Below are positions 1 to 12,987 of a stretch of DNA of 64,000 nucleotides, piece after piece (within the stretch, counting starts at the first letter, position 1; each line of letters begins with the position of its first letter). Where the stretch lies: the NCBI RefSeq assembly GCF_006345805.1, contig NC_042997.1, positions 182,590,001 through 182,654,000 on the forward strand, given 5' to 3'. The DNA is from Octopus sinensis. Taxonomy: Eukaryota. The position numbers and the translations under genes are program-made. Under the pieces are notes generated by a model. That model did no database searches. It saw nothing but the letters and a program-made list of their open reading frames with translations, and was not told where the DNA came from.

Positions 1-2710
1 TCTAGAATATACTGCTGATTATTGTAATTCAGTTTTTATTTTCCTTGTTTTTGTGCGCTGCCAAATATTTTATTTCAACATTGAGAATGTTGTCTTATCA
101 GTGGTTGCCGGAATTCTTGTTTACAGCTTACAAACATTAACAAATAGCTAGCATATTTTTTTGTAATCAAAATTGTATTTTCTTAAAGTCATATTGAGTA
201 CATACTTTTGTCTGTTCTTCCTGTTTCAAAAGCTTTTTTTCTGTAAACATGTATTCGTATAAAAACTAAGGGTGTCAAATTTTTTTAATATTTCAAATAA
301 TTTTATCCAATCTTATTTTAAGGAAGACAAATGGGATTGTTAAAATCTGGGTATTGATATATAAAATTTCTAATCTTAACAAAAATATATTATTTTGATA
401 AAATTTAAATTGGGATCAGTTCCTCTATTATTATTAATCAAATCTGAACTTACAATCTAACAACCTGTTACTAGTTTATACAAACATAAGTTGGAAGAAA
501 ATTACACATGATAAATTAACCATGTTTACAATTCTATCTTTCTTGGTTATATAAGTTTATTGTAATACCGGGAATGTTATTTTCAAAACCTCTCCTGTCC
601 CTGTTTTTATTTTAGATATTTGTTTGGAGATTTTACACTAAAAACTCTAATTTTATGTCCCAGTTTTCACTTAGTTTTTGATATTGTGTATTTCCTCAAT
701 ATGAAAAATAATCGTGTTTAACCCTGCCACTAAAGTTTATTTTTTCTTTCTGTTATGATAGTATTGAATTTCTGTATATCTTGGCTATCCCATAACATTG
801 AAGTATTGTTACACCTCTCACTGCATTTATTAGTTCAATCCCTATGTTATTGCTTCTCTTTCAATCAGACAGGGTACCTTTACATAATAACTTGACTTGT
901 TACAAATAGTAGTCAAACCTCTTTCAAAACACTTCCTAAACAAAGAACACATTGTATAAGATAGTCCTAGATACAATGTTTGAAAAAGGACAGGATGACC
1001 ATGACTGGCATATCTTTTCTTTTAGATCTCCTGATTCAGGTTTGACCTTGGGTTAAACAACAATTAGATTTGATGTTACAATTGAAAAAAAATGCATTTA
1101 CAGTTTTGTCTAAATCTATGATATACACTGTGATCTCCATTATCTTTATACTTTGAACTGGTAGCTTATATTAAGATAGGTAATTGCTTTAGTATATTCA
1201 AAAGTATGGCTGAATAGAGAAGAATGGAGAATAATAAAGAGACCTTTGCTCAAAAATTTATTTCCTACTGTTTATTGTCACAGAAATATAATTGTTGTGC
1301 TTGTGGTGCTCCAGATCAGCCTTCAGTGACCAGGTTGATAATCAAAGGTGTTCTAGCCATAATCACTCTATCTTTTATATATAGCTTAAACTGCATTATT
1401 TAATGTGCCTGCTTTTTATGATGATGTGTGTTTTGAGGGTAACTTTGCTGCTACTTCTAGCAGTTTGATCAACTACCTAGAGACTCACTTGTTGGCTTGC
1501 ACTGATATACTTGTTCTTGATATTTAGCCCTGGGTCTTACTACTAAGGCATTCAAGCTGTGACTATAATTCATCTCAAACTAAAATATGCTATGTCCTTT
1601 TTATTTTTATGACAGTATGATGTGATTTGAGAGACTTAACTGTTATTTCTATTGGGTGAAGCAACCTTGTAAAGACTTCTTTGTTGGTTCATCATAATGA
1701 TATAATATGCTTTAGTGGGCAAAATATATAGACTGGAAAAGGTGTAACACTATGAATACTTTTGTTGCTCTTAAAATGTTTTATTAGTGCTTGAGTGGCA
1801 GAAGTAGTAAAATAAAATAGAGAAAAATCCCCTGCACTATTTATTTACATCCCCCCTACATTATAAGTTCAAATTTCACCAATGTTGACGTTACCTCTTT
1901 TCTTTGTGCGTGTGTGGTGGGGGTTCATTAAAATAAGTACCAGTCAAGTATCAGGGGTGATACAGTTGACAGTACTTCTCACACAAAACATTTGTGAACT
2001 TATATCAATGTAAGAAATAACTTTTTAATACATAACTTACATAATATTTTAAACTTGTTTTCTTCAATAAATAGTATTTTGAAAAATATATTAACCAATT
2101 TATTATAAAGATAAAATATTTTTTGCTTTTTTTTCTATATTATTATTTTTTAATTTTAACATGTCAGATAGATCACAGGACATCTGCATAGGTTACTTTT
2201 TGTTTAGATACATTATTTTTATTACTTTGGTAACATAATAATAGAAAAGTATATTTTTTTGATATTTTTGTATTGCGTATTATATTTGCTCATCTAAAAT
2301 AAGAAATATTGAATCTCATGGTACTTTTGATGAAAGAGCAAAAGAATGTATGAAATGAGAGCAATGCCAATTTCATGAGAGAGAGCTGTCATGGATTTTG
2401 GAAGGAAATTCTGTTATACCTGAAAAATATTGGCTCAGATGTACACAATAGAACAAACTACCTCCTGACATTCATAACATTGTGTAACCTGAATAGGCTA
2501 GATATAATATACTTTTCCAAGAAAGATTTTATTTTATTTTTGCTTTTTCATCAATGTCTAGAAGAACATGTATGAATATAAATAGAATAATGAATGATAT
2601 TAAGTATTCATTTTAGAGTTTTGTCTCTTATTTATATAAAACTAAGACAATTATTTACATGTGGATTTATAACTTCAATTAACTTGATTACTGTTTAAAA
2701 TTTATATTTT

Positions 2711-2914
2711 TATCTTTTACGTGTTTCAGTCATTTGCCTGTGGCCATACAGGGGCTTTAAATTTTAGTTTTAGTTGAACAAATCAGCTCCAGTACTTATA
2801 TATATTTTTAAGCCTAGTACTTATTCTATCACTCAGTTTTGCCAAACCACTTAGTTTTGGGGGGACTTAAATGTACCAGCACTGGTTGTCAAATGGTGGT
2901 GGAGGACAAGCACA

Positions 2915-2999
<85 letters not shown>

Positions 3000-3157
3000 G
3001 AGCTTCTGTTGGTTTCTGTCTCAAATCCACTTACAAGGCTTTGGTCAGTCTGAGGTTATAGTAAAAAGCACTTGCTCAAGGTTCCACTCTGTAGGATTGA
3101 ACCCAGAACCATCTGGTTGAGAAGCAAGCTTCTTACCATACAGTCATGCTTGAACCT
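2711..3157 (-). mobile_element. SINE family a with expanded internal (CA)41 at 2916-2997
   Basis: Reverse-complement homology to 25885-26280. Confidence 0.8.
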
Positions 3158-5970
3158 ACATTTAAATTTGAGTGATTAATCAGCAGTGATCATTTCATAT
3201 GTTGTTGAAATAAGAAACTTTAGTACTAAACTTTAACTTGTAACTTAATACAGCTATTGTTAAAGTTGTAAGAGTAAAATTGAGTTTTACCCTACAAAAG
3301 TTCGTGTAATCCTGGTTTTATGCTGAGCAGCAATTTTTCTTTTATCTCTATGATTCTGTTAAAGTAAACTTTATTGATCAGGTTAATTAATGAGGAAATT
3401 TTGAAAAAAACAAAATGCGTTTTTGTTCATGGCAAAAGAAATTACAGCATTTCATTTTTTGTAGTTTTGTTTTAAAGAGCCATAGGTACAAGTTTCTTCA
3501 TAACATTTTAAGTGCTCTTTTCATTTACAGTCTTTTGTGGGGGAAAAAAACAACAACAACAGGAAGGGCATTCAGCCATATAAAATCTGTTTTACCCCAT
3601 GCAAGCATGGAAAAATAGACATTAAATGAGGATAATAATGACAAGTCAAATTTTGGCTGTTTCAAACATGCTTCATATTGTTTCGAGAGAGAGAGAGAAT
3701 AAGACAGAGATAAGAAATGTCAACAGCACAGTAACAGATAACAGATATAGGAAGATATCAAGTTCAACAATGTAGCTACTTAATGAGTTGTGATTGGTTT
3801 GCAAAGAAGTAGTTATCAACCTTATTCTTTGCTATAAATGATATTCATAATTACTATTGAGTTTTGTTCTATGGGACAAGTAAATTAATTTTTCTATATG
3901 ATTATCTTATTTTATAATTGTTTTGAAGAAAAAACAAATTAATGATTTGTCACATAAATTCAATACCACATATACAATAAAAGACTATTTGATCAAATCT
4001 GTTCCATTGTTGTGGGTTGTTTTATTGAGGAAAGAAAAGTGGAAGGTAAAGTTTATCCCAGTGGCATTTATACTTTAGAAACGTAGTACCAAACTGAACA
4101 TTTTAACATACGAAGTGTGTGTGTGTGTGTGTGTGTGTGTCCACTCTCTAGTAACATCCACTTATGTTTCAGTTATGAAATTCATTGTTATAAGTTTGAC
4201 AGTTTATGAAAGAAATAAGTGTACAAAAGAAACAGCATGATAATGACAGAGAACCCAAACTTCAGGGACACTAGATACACTGTAGCAACTATCAATATAG
4301 ACTGAAGGTGATTCACTAGAAATAAAAAAAGTTCTGCTATCACGGTAACAGAATTGGCTTTGGAAGTTATCTTACAAGTGGAATAGTTGCTACTGTTCAA
4401 TAAGTATGGAAGTTTTGATAACTACAATTTTACAGACAAAACTTTACTGTATGTAGAGTATTCAGTTTCTAGAGTTCATCAAATATTGATGCTATCTAAC
4501 AAGACTGATTCTTCTCAACCACTTCATATACATGCAACGAAGTCTTTCTACCAATTTCTTTTTTTCTTTTATTATACCTGAAGCCAAAACAACCACATCT
4601 ACTAACCTACCTTTGTAGATACAATGCTGAATATTTAAATAAACAACTATTTGGATAGAATCTAAAATTACAGCTCTCATTGAATAGGTATAGAACAGTC
4701 AGTTCAGGCCTTTACCTATGAAGTAAGAGAGGAATGTACAAGTGTGTATGTTTGTATTTGCATATGTATGTGCAAATAACATTCTGCTGAATGTTATCTG
4801 CGAATTGAATTGCAGCTTGGATGTAGGCTATAAATTTTAATGACTAAAACAACCAATAAAGCAATAAAAGGAAGCAAAAAGATGTTTCTAATTTCACTGT
4901 ACTTCAGAGAAGCTTCATTCCCAGTTCAACAAAAGGCTTCTTGAGAATTATTTAATGACAGATTTTTTCATTTGCGTAGCTCTTTATTGAAACTCAGTAG
5001 CATTTACTTTTGATAAATGCACGCAGAACTTGACCATATCTGAATTAAAAAAGAAAAGTGCCACTGATTTAGTCATATCAATATGTCAAAGACCATCATA
5101 CAGATACTTTCTGGCTCACATTTTTCTTGATATTCTTCTACAATTAGTTTTTGCATGTCATTGACTTCACAAAATATATATCCTCCTACACAACAACATT
5201 TTTCTTTTCTTTTTTTGTATTTAGTTTTGAGGAAGAGGAGTTGTAAATTAATGGATAAAAATGATAGGCATATAGTCATAATTCATTTAACTTTTACTTT
5301 AAACATATTTTCGTCTTTTGGTTGTACATTTTTTCTAGTTCCTCTTTATCTAATTGAGAGTAACAAAGAGGAATGTTATAAAACTAAAAAAATAATAGGG
5401 CTGATAAAGCAGTCAATTATTTCATTCATCCAGGACAGATATTTTGATTGCTCTTTTGGAATTTAACACAATCAATTACATTTTTTCAGGAAATGACATC
5501 ATTTAATCTATCCCTCAAATAATAATAATAATAACTGGTACTTATTTCATCAATTTCTGAAGAGTAAAAAACTTTCAGGAGTGGGGGAATTTGACATAAG
5601 AGCAGGAAGAGATGTAACTAAATACTTAAGGCATTTTGCCTGTTGCTCTGCTCGTTCTCATCTTTCACAGCCCTCTTTCATATTCACTATAAAGGATTTC
5701 TTAAGTACGTACAAGACCAGAAAGAGAGGACAGTCAATTAACCGACTCTGGTTTTAACTGGTACATGTTTATCAATCCTTGGAAGAATGAAAAGCAGGAA
5801 AAAAATAAAGAATGCTCTTGGGGAATAATAACAACACACTGGTACAAAGCCACAAAATTTGCTGAGGAAGGGTATAGTAAATTAAATTGGTGCCAAAGCA
5901 AGCTTTGTTTTTATTTTATTCAATACTGAAATTGAACGTACCACTAGTTGCTTCCAAACTAGCTACTTCC

Positions 5971-6200
5971 AGTAAAGATTCTTTGCCAACATAACATGGC
6001 AGTCCTGGTTTAGGATGAATGTTGTTGTAATTTAGCCCCAGGAAACATCGTCTCCAGCTGGCTGTACGACACGATCTGCGTCCTTATATTTTCAAACAAG
6101 GGAATCTAGCACCCCCACTCAGCTCAAAACAATATCTGTGTATTGCGATTTCCGGGTTATTTACCTTCATCAGCACAGAATAAGTGTTCAGCTAGAGGTG
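5971..6200 (-). mobile_element. Hammerhead-bearing repeat (Penelope pLTR / retrozyme-like), arm 1 of composite 1
   Basis: Homologous by eye to 9960-10138 and 21370-21558; carries the hammerhead-like motif; interrupted by the Tx1 LINE. Confidence 0.7.
6135..6179 (-). ncRNA. Minimal type I hammerhead-ribozyme-like motif
   Basis: Minus strand reads TCTGTG-CTGATGA-AGGTAAATAACCCG-GAAA-TCGCAA-TA-CACAGA: 6-bp stem I, intact CUGAUGA and GAAA core, UA cleavage site. Stem II is weak and its closing pair is non-canonical (A.G). Confidence 0.6.
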
Positions 6201-9200
6201 AATTTCTTATAAGGATAATTAATATCATACATAGAGGGGACAAAACAGGACAATACAAACTATTATTTTTATTATGAGTTCGTATGATACTTAGTTTTTA
6301 AAAATATTGAATGATATATAATTAAAATTTGACCTTTACTCTTTGAGAGTGGATTAAACCCGATGGGCTGAAAAGCCCAGCAACTATACCTTTTCCTTTT
6401 CCCATAAGGATTAAGCAGGGTCACATGCACCCACCTTTCTTACCACAGCCTTCCATCTTTTCTCAAACTCACCTCACGACAGCAAACCAGGGCCAGAGAT
6501 GAAAGATCCTGTCATGAGTACTTGCAAACTTGTCTTCTATACACACTCTTTCAACACTGCAACTGAACAGAGAAAACATGCCTCATGTTCCTTTGAGAGT
6601 TCGGTTGGTGACACAATCTTTATTATAGACTCAGCTGATAGCTGTACTCTGCCTAGGTATGACAACACATGTTCAACGTAAATTATCAAGCCTGAAAACT
6701 TCCAGCACTGTACAATAGCATGCTGGGCAGTTTCATCATCCAGCCCACATCTTGGACATGCCGTTGGCACTGACATTCCATGCCTGGATAACTTATTGCA
6801 AACAGGTAAAGCGTTCTTGTAGCACTGCCAGGTCAGGGATTTTTGGTAATTATCCAAATACCCTGACCTGAAAGTTTTTTGGAACAGGTTGGAAAGTTGG
6901 TTCTTGCCAAACCCCAGAGCCCTTCCTAGGATGTCATCATTTTTAAACTCTACCAGCCCTTTATACAAAATCAAGGTGGTATTCCCACTGTTGGCCTTGC
7001 CTGTCTTGTGGATTAGCACGAGTGCCTGTCGACACTCCTTTTGCCATTCTGTGAGATTACGTCTTTTAATAAAACCGGGTTTGAATCTCTCCAAAGAGGC
7101 TGGTCGCAGAAAGAATTCCTCCGCCAGCAGATTCCACACCTTGTCACCCTCCAGGTAGTGCCAGAGATGTCACAGCTTCAACGCATGTCTGCACATCATT
7201 AACCAGGGCATCCCTAACCCACCTTTTAACAGTTCCTGGCAGCAGACGAAGCACCTCACAAGTGGCTTTCCTCCTTTCCACAATAAGTGGAAGAGGAGGC
7301 ACTCCAACTTGTTTAGCCACAAGTTGGGGCAAGGGACAATGGTTAGGCGGTAGGTGATTACAGATGCAATAAACATCTGTACCTCCTCTACTCTTCCTTT
7401 TTAGGGACAGAGCCAGTCTGAACCAAGTTTGGACTACAGCCTCCACCCTGACTGCCACCTCACTCCAATTCTTCTCCGTTTGGTGTGTGTGTGTGGGGGG
7501 GATCCGGTCCAAACCAGACTCTAAGCAACTTAACAGGACCATCTGTCCAGTGACCCACGACACTGGATGATATTGACTTGCTCCTCTAGGTGCCAAGGCG
7601 CAAGCCGATGGACTTGTCCTTGTTAACTTTTGTCCCTGCGACTGCCTTGCATCCTTTGATAGCATCCTCTACACAAGGTAGCTGAGCCTCATAGGAGTTG
7701 ACAATGGTGATGTCATCTGCATAAGCAGAGACTGACTTACTGCATCCAATCTCATTGGGGATGTGCCCCAAATTCTCCAACTTCCACAGTAATGGCTCAA
7801 GAGCCAACACATACAGAAGCAGAGATGGGACACCCTTGACGAACTGAGCACTTGATTGAAAATGGCTCCGACAGGTAGCCATTTATCTGAACGGTGGATT
7901 TGATGCTGCTATTCATTGTGGAGATCCACCTATGGAAGTCCAGACCAAGCCCAGCCGCTTCAGGGACCGCTGCCAGGTACATGTGGTCTACCTTATCAAA
8001 GGCTTTACTTTGGTATAAATGGACCAGTGCCCCACCTTTGCCGGTTAATTTACTCAACCTGTCTATGGTGTAGTGTATAAGGTGAAGATTGTTCTGGATT
8101 GACCTACCTGGAATGGCGCATGTCTGCGCCTTCCCTACAATCTTCTCCTTGACATGCGTCAACCTTTTTGCTAACACCTTGGCCAAAATCTTTAACTCTA
8201 CATTGAGCAGAGTTATGGGCTTGTAATTACTTATAATGTCCCCCTTGCTCAGGTCCTTCTGGACCAGCGTCACCACTCCCCAACTCACAGATCTGGGAAT
8301 CCTCCTATTCTGTTGCCAGTTTGTGTAGACACTTGCCAGCAGGTCCCCGAACAAGTCAGGCATGCTACAATAAAACTCAAAGGGTAGACTATCCAGCCCT
8401 GGCACACTCAGCCAGCACCTCTTTGACCTCCACAGGTGTAATCGGGTCCTTCACAGCATTCCGCCGCACATGCCGTGAGTCGCAGCCCACTGGCGAGGAA
8501 GCCCTTTTGGGACCGCCACGCTCAAGCATGTCACTCTGCCCAAACAACTGGGTGAAATGCTGGTGAAAGGCCTTTTGCATCTTTTTCTGTTCATAGATCT
8601 TGCGCCTCTGTTCATCAGTTAAAGACTTTATAGAGGCTTTTTTGCCCCTCTGACACTCCACATAATGGGCCCATCTGGCAACGTTAATATCTTCTCGGCC
8701 CACTGCACGTAGCTTAGCTCTAACTCTGCAGCCTTCGTGTTTGGCTTTGAGGTGATGGTACAAGACCGTTCTCGCTGCCAGCACTCTAGCTACAGAGCCA
8801 GATTCCATAGCCTCGTCTAAATTCTTAACTAGTTCCCTTTCTATTCTAAATCTATCTAAATTTAGCTGATTGCTAAATCTAAAAGACTCTAAATGAATGG
8901 CTTTCTTGAGGGCGTTGCCACCATCAATTATTAATGATGGCGCCACTTAGCTGGGCATGGAAGGCTTTACAAGTTAAAATGGACTTGTTCATTTTCCAGT
9001 ACCCAGGTCTCTGTCTATGATATTTATCTATATGCATTTCACACGTCACAAATTTGTGATCCGTGTAAGGTACAATACAAAACTGGGGACAACTAAAAGT
9101 ATATTCCTATCTTTTTCTCTAACGAATACCCTGTCTATATAAGATCTGTGTAAGCTGTCATTATTACTCCACATCCACTGTGGAATGCTCAGCTCATCCA

Positions 9201-9821
9201 GTCTGTAATGGTCTATTAGATTATAGCTCTAGAGTAACTTACTACTTGAGTTTTGGGAGGGGCTGCACAAATTCGGCTGCTTCCCCATCCTTTTCTTTTA
9301 ATGGGGAAGCCACTGGGCTTTTCATTGGTGAAACCACTGGACTTGTTAATAATTTTTTTGTCTGCCATTTCGGAGCTAACATCTCTGATATCTTCCGGAT
9401 ACCTTCCCTTCAGCTCCAAAAATAGGCCTGCATCCATTTTTTTCAAATCTTTGTGTTTCATTTCACCTAGATTTCCACTGGTATTACCTTTTCCTATTGC
9501 AGGAAAATCTTTTTTTGATGCAATATTAAATTCCATCATATACTTTTTTTTAAATTGCCAAAAATGACAAAATGAATTCACTACCCAGCAACGGGTAAAG
9601 AAAAACAGTTCAGCAATAATTTTTTTTTTTTCACAATGATTTCAAAACAGAATTTTCTGCTCCATAGGGCAAAAATTACTGTTCCATAAAGGACGACAGT
9701 TCAGTTCAAAGCAAAATACACAAAAATATCACAATAACAGACAAAAACACATGGATCGAACTCACATTACTTTGGTAACAGCAAATTACGATGCAAAAAA
9801 TCCTAGTCTGCTAGAGACAAT
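6201..9821 (-). mobile_element. Degraded, internally deleted L1/Tx1-clade non-LTR retrotransposon (3621 bp) with 16-bp TSD
   Basis: Frameshifted minus-strand ORF2 pieces: APE endonuclease C-terminus (LIDHYR..WMW...SYIDRVF, YTDHKFV, PGYWKMNKSIL at about 8960-9230), RT motifs (PGLDSLPFEFY, NYKPITLLNVELKILAKVLAKRL, KAFDKVDH, VRQGCP, LLYVLALEPLL, YADD) and a C-terminal CCHC-type motif (CPRC....ETAQHAIVQC). The identical 16-mer tgttcagctagaggtg flanks it at 6185-6200 and 9822-9837. Confidence 0.93.
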
Positions 9822-9837
9822 TGTTCAGCTAGAGGTG

Positions 9838-10223
9838 GCACCGTCAAATTCCCTTTCGAAATATATAGTTTTCAAAGTGACAGCTAGTCATGATCTATAA
9901 ATTAGAAAATTACTATTTTTAAATCTCACAACAAGAGATATTCAGCAGCAGTACTCTAGAGTAAAGATTGTTTGTCAACATAATATGGCAGTCCTGGTTT
10001 AGGACGAATGTTGCTGTAATTTAGCCCCAGGAGACATTGTCTCCAGCTGGCTATACGACATGATCTGTGCTCTTATATTTTCAAACAAGGGAATCTAGCA
10101 CCCTCACTCAGCTCAAAACAATATTTGTGTATCACGATGTTATGTTGGCAAACAATCTTTACTACAAAGTACTGTTGCTGAATATTTCTCGTTGTGAGAT
10201 TTAAAAATAGTAATTTTCTAATT
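9838..10223. mobile_element. Same repeat: tandem second unit (9838-10138) plus inverted arm (10137-10223)
   Basis: 9900-9985 and 10137-10223 are inverted copies (aattagaaaattactatttttaaatctcacaac... / ...gttgtgagatttaaaaatagtaattttctaatt). The 13-mer tagctacttccag at 5960-5972 and 10223-10235 brackets the whole composite. Confidence 0.75.
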
Positions 10224-12987
10224 AGCTACTTCCAGGCTTTCAATTTTGAAGTAACTAGTTTGCTGCTTATTTTGTCCAATTTGTTGCTGGATAAAGTTCC
10301 TTGAAGATATAAACTTTATTAATGGTGCAAGACTATTGGGCTTACATGTAGAATGTAAATATATATCCAATGCAATAACTGCAATAAACAGGGCCCTCCC
10401 CATTCTCTCTCTCCTCTCTCTCTCTCCACCCTCTCCCTTTCTTTAATTTTGCTTTACTTATTAATTATATGATGTATTTTTAAAGTATATAGTTTTTGTT
10501 ATTTCCATTTGTTACTTCATTCTATAATTTTTGAATGTTCTAATAGTTCTAAAACACTTCAATATGTATGTGCTATTTAAATCCAGTACCGTTCTAAGCT
10601 CTTAAAGACCTTCCCAAATTGATTTTTGTAATTGCTTTGTCTAAAATAGCCACCAAAGGTTCTTAATTATACTGCAAATAGTAAGAGGGAAAGAGTCAAG
10701 TTAATTCTATTTAAGTTGGTTAATGTTATACAATTTCTAGGTTTGTCATTAAAATTCATTATCATCATTGTTTCATCTTCATTTTTGCTACTGTAACTCC
10801 CATTGCTTTGCAAAACAGCATCTTTGCCTCAAAATCTGGCATCACTAGAAGGTCAGCATTATTTAGTGTGATTTTTTTAACTTCATCATTTCCTCCTTAG
10901 TTTATTTATTACTTTCTTTTCTGTGACATCAGGTTGACATACAAACCCTGGTGACTTTGACAAACATTATGTGCTTGTCATGGAATTTTCCAAGGAAAGT
11001 ACAAAAGTAATTTTCCATTACCTTCCTTTGGGTATTTTTTTTTTACAAGACACTATCTTATCAGTTAGATACAGACAAGTTTGCAACACATACCTGGTAG
11101 GGAAAGTGCCCAGAGCATAAAGTGTTAGAATAAACATTGCAAAGTAATTTGTCCATTGCTCTAACAGTTCCAGCAATTTATTGCTCTGGACTAATATTTT
11201 ATTTTATTGATCTTGAAAGATGGAAGGCTAAGTTAATCTTAAAAGGATTTGAACTCAGCATAAAGAAACACAACAAATTCCACAAGCCATTTTGTCTAAC
11301 ACATTGATACTTTTGTTAATTTATTACCTTTCTGACCACTATAAATGGAACTTGACCAGAAGAACCAATGTGACATAGTGACAAGGTTGGACCTATAAAT
11401 TACAAGTACAATCCATTTCCATTTAATAAATGTCATAAACCAGATATGAGTCAACTGGAAACTATGGAAAATGACACTTGCCCAAGATGGCACACAGGGG
11501 GATTCATCAGACTCACCCTTATGAATTTCTTGACCATTTGGTCCTACAGCTGCTGCAATATTTTTCAATCTGCATGCATCAGTCATTCACATTAAATGTT
11601 TGCATTAGGGTAGATGCTTCACATATTTATAACATTGTTTTTGGTGTCTTGTCGCTTTGTCATATCACACTCAAGTAAATATCTTTTCAATAAAATTCCT
11701 ATTGTGTTTAAGATCACAGCTATAAATTCAGAAACTCTAGTTTATCAAGTTCAGTACTTGAAATATTCTTATTAAAAAGCCAAATATGAATTAAGGTTTG
11801 AAAATGTTTTTGATCAGTACTTAGGCACTAGCTTTCTTTAAATTTGGTAAATTTTATTCACTTAGAATTGTAACATTTTATGTTGTCTTAATTTTTGGTA
11901 CCAAACTCCAGATATATAGGTTTCTGATTTACTGTACATTTTCTTGTCTCCCTGAGTAAGTCACTTAATTCTACTTGCCATGCAAATAAAGGTTTCATAT
12001 CTAATTAAGAAATTATTATTATTGTAACCATCTACTTCAATTTCCTATCAACTCAGAGTTTTCTGAATCACTAATTACTTGAGAAAAAATTTCAAGTGTT
12101 AGCAAAAGCACACTGTGAAAATTTGGCATAGATGCTTTGTATATGAAAAATACTTAACGTTGGTCCTAATTTTGTATGGCTTTTCATTGTTTTTAACTCC
12201 AGTAAATGATAATAGGTGTTGAACCAGCCCAAAATAACTTGAACTTTGTACCAAATCAAGCTAACGGTCAGCTTATCTCTACTCATAAATCTATTTATGT
12301 CTACTTTTCAGTTTCTCAAGTTAAAAACAAAGTGTTAAATTGAAGACTAAAAATATTCTAATACTAATACACCAAGTAAATAATAATCTTACATTTTTCA
12401 ATATTTGTAAATGAAGCTACAACAATAACTCACCCTCTCATTAAAGTAAAGGAAAGCCAACATTATAAGTTATTTATAAAGGAAAATTACTCTTAGTATT
12501 TGTTTGTGTATGATAATGTAGAACTTTTCATATTACAGTATTTTTTTTCTCTTTGTCTCATAAAAGTATACCACAGTGATCTTAACATAGAATTGGTTAC
12601 TTCTTTGACCTCTTGTGAATATGTCCCACTTTGTGCCTGTATACACATATATGTACATTGGTGATTGCACGTGTATATATGAAGTTCAAGACTGAACACA
12701 AAACTTTTGCTGTTAAAAGAAAACTTAATAGGAAGTTCTCGACTTTTTAAGAGCTTTTACTCTCTTTCTCTCCCCCCACTCATCGTAAATACTTGTTTCT
12801 AACATTGACACTGGTCAAAAATGTTGAGGGATGGTCATAGTTAATTAAATTAAATCTTAGCAGTTGACTGATAGCTATTCTGTTAACCCCAGAAGAATTC
12901 AGGGCATTTTCAGTCCTTGCAGGATTTGAACAAAGAATATAAATACTATAATCCATATCTGTATCATTTCTGCTATTGACTGCCTTC

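Noticed and set aside
2375-2575. 66-aa ORF with a loose FW..I...L pattern
   Set aside because: No supporting neighbouring LINE motifs or splice sites.
2839-3120. HT-repeat ORFs, and similar YI/ER/HT ORFs elsewhere such as 48496-48678 and 50668-50853
   Set aside because: These are translations of microsatellites inside SINEs or introns.
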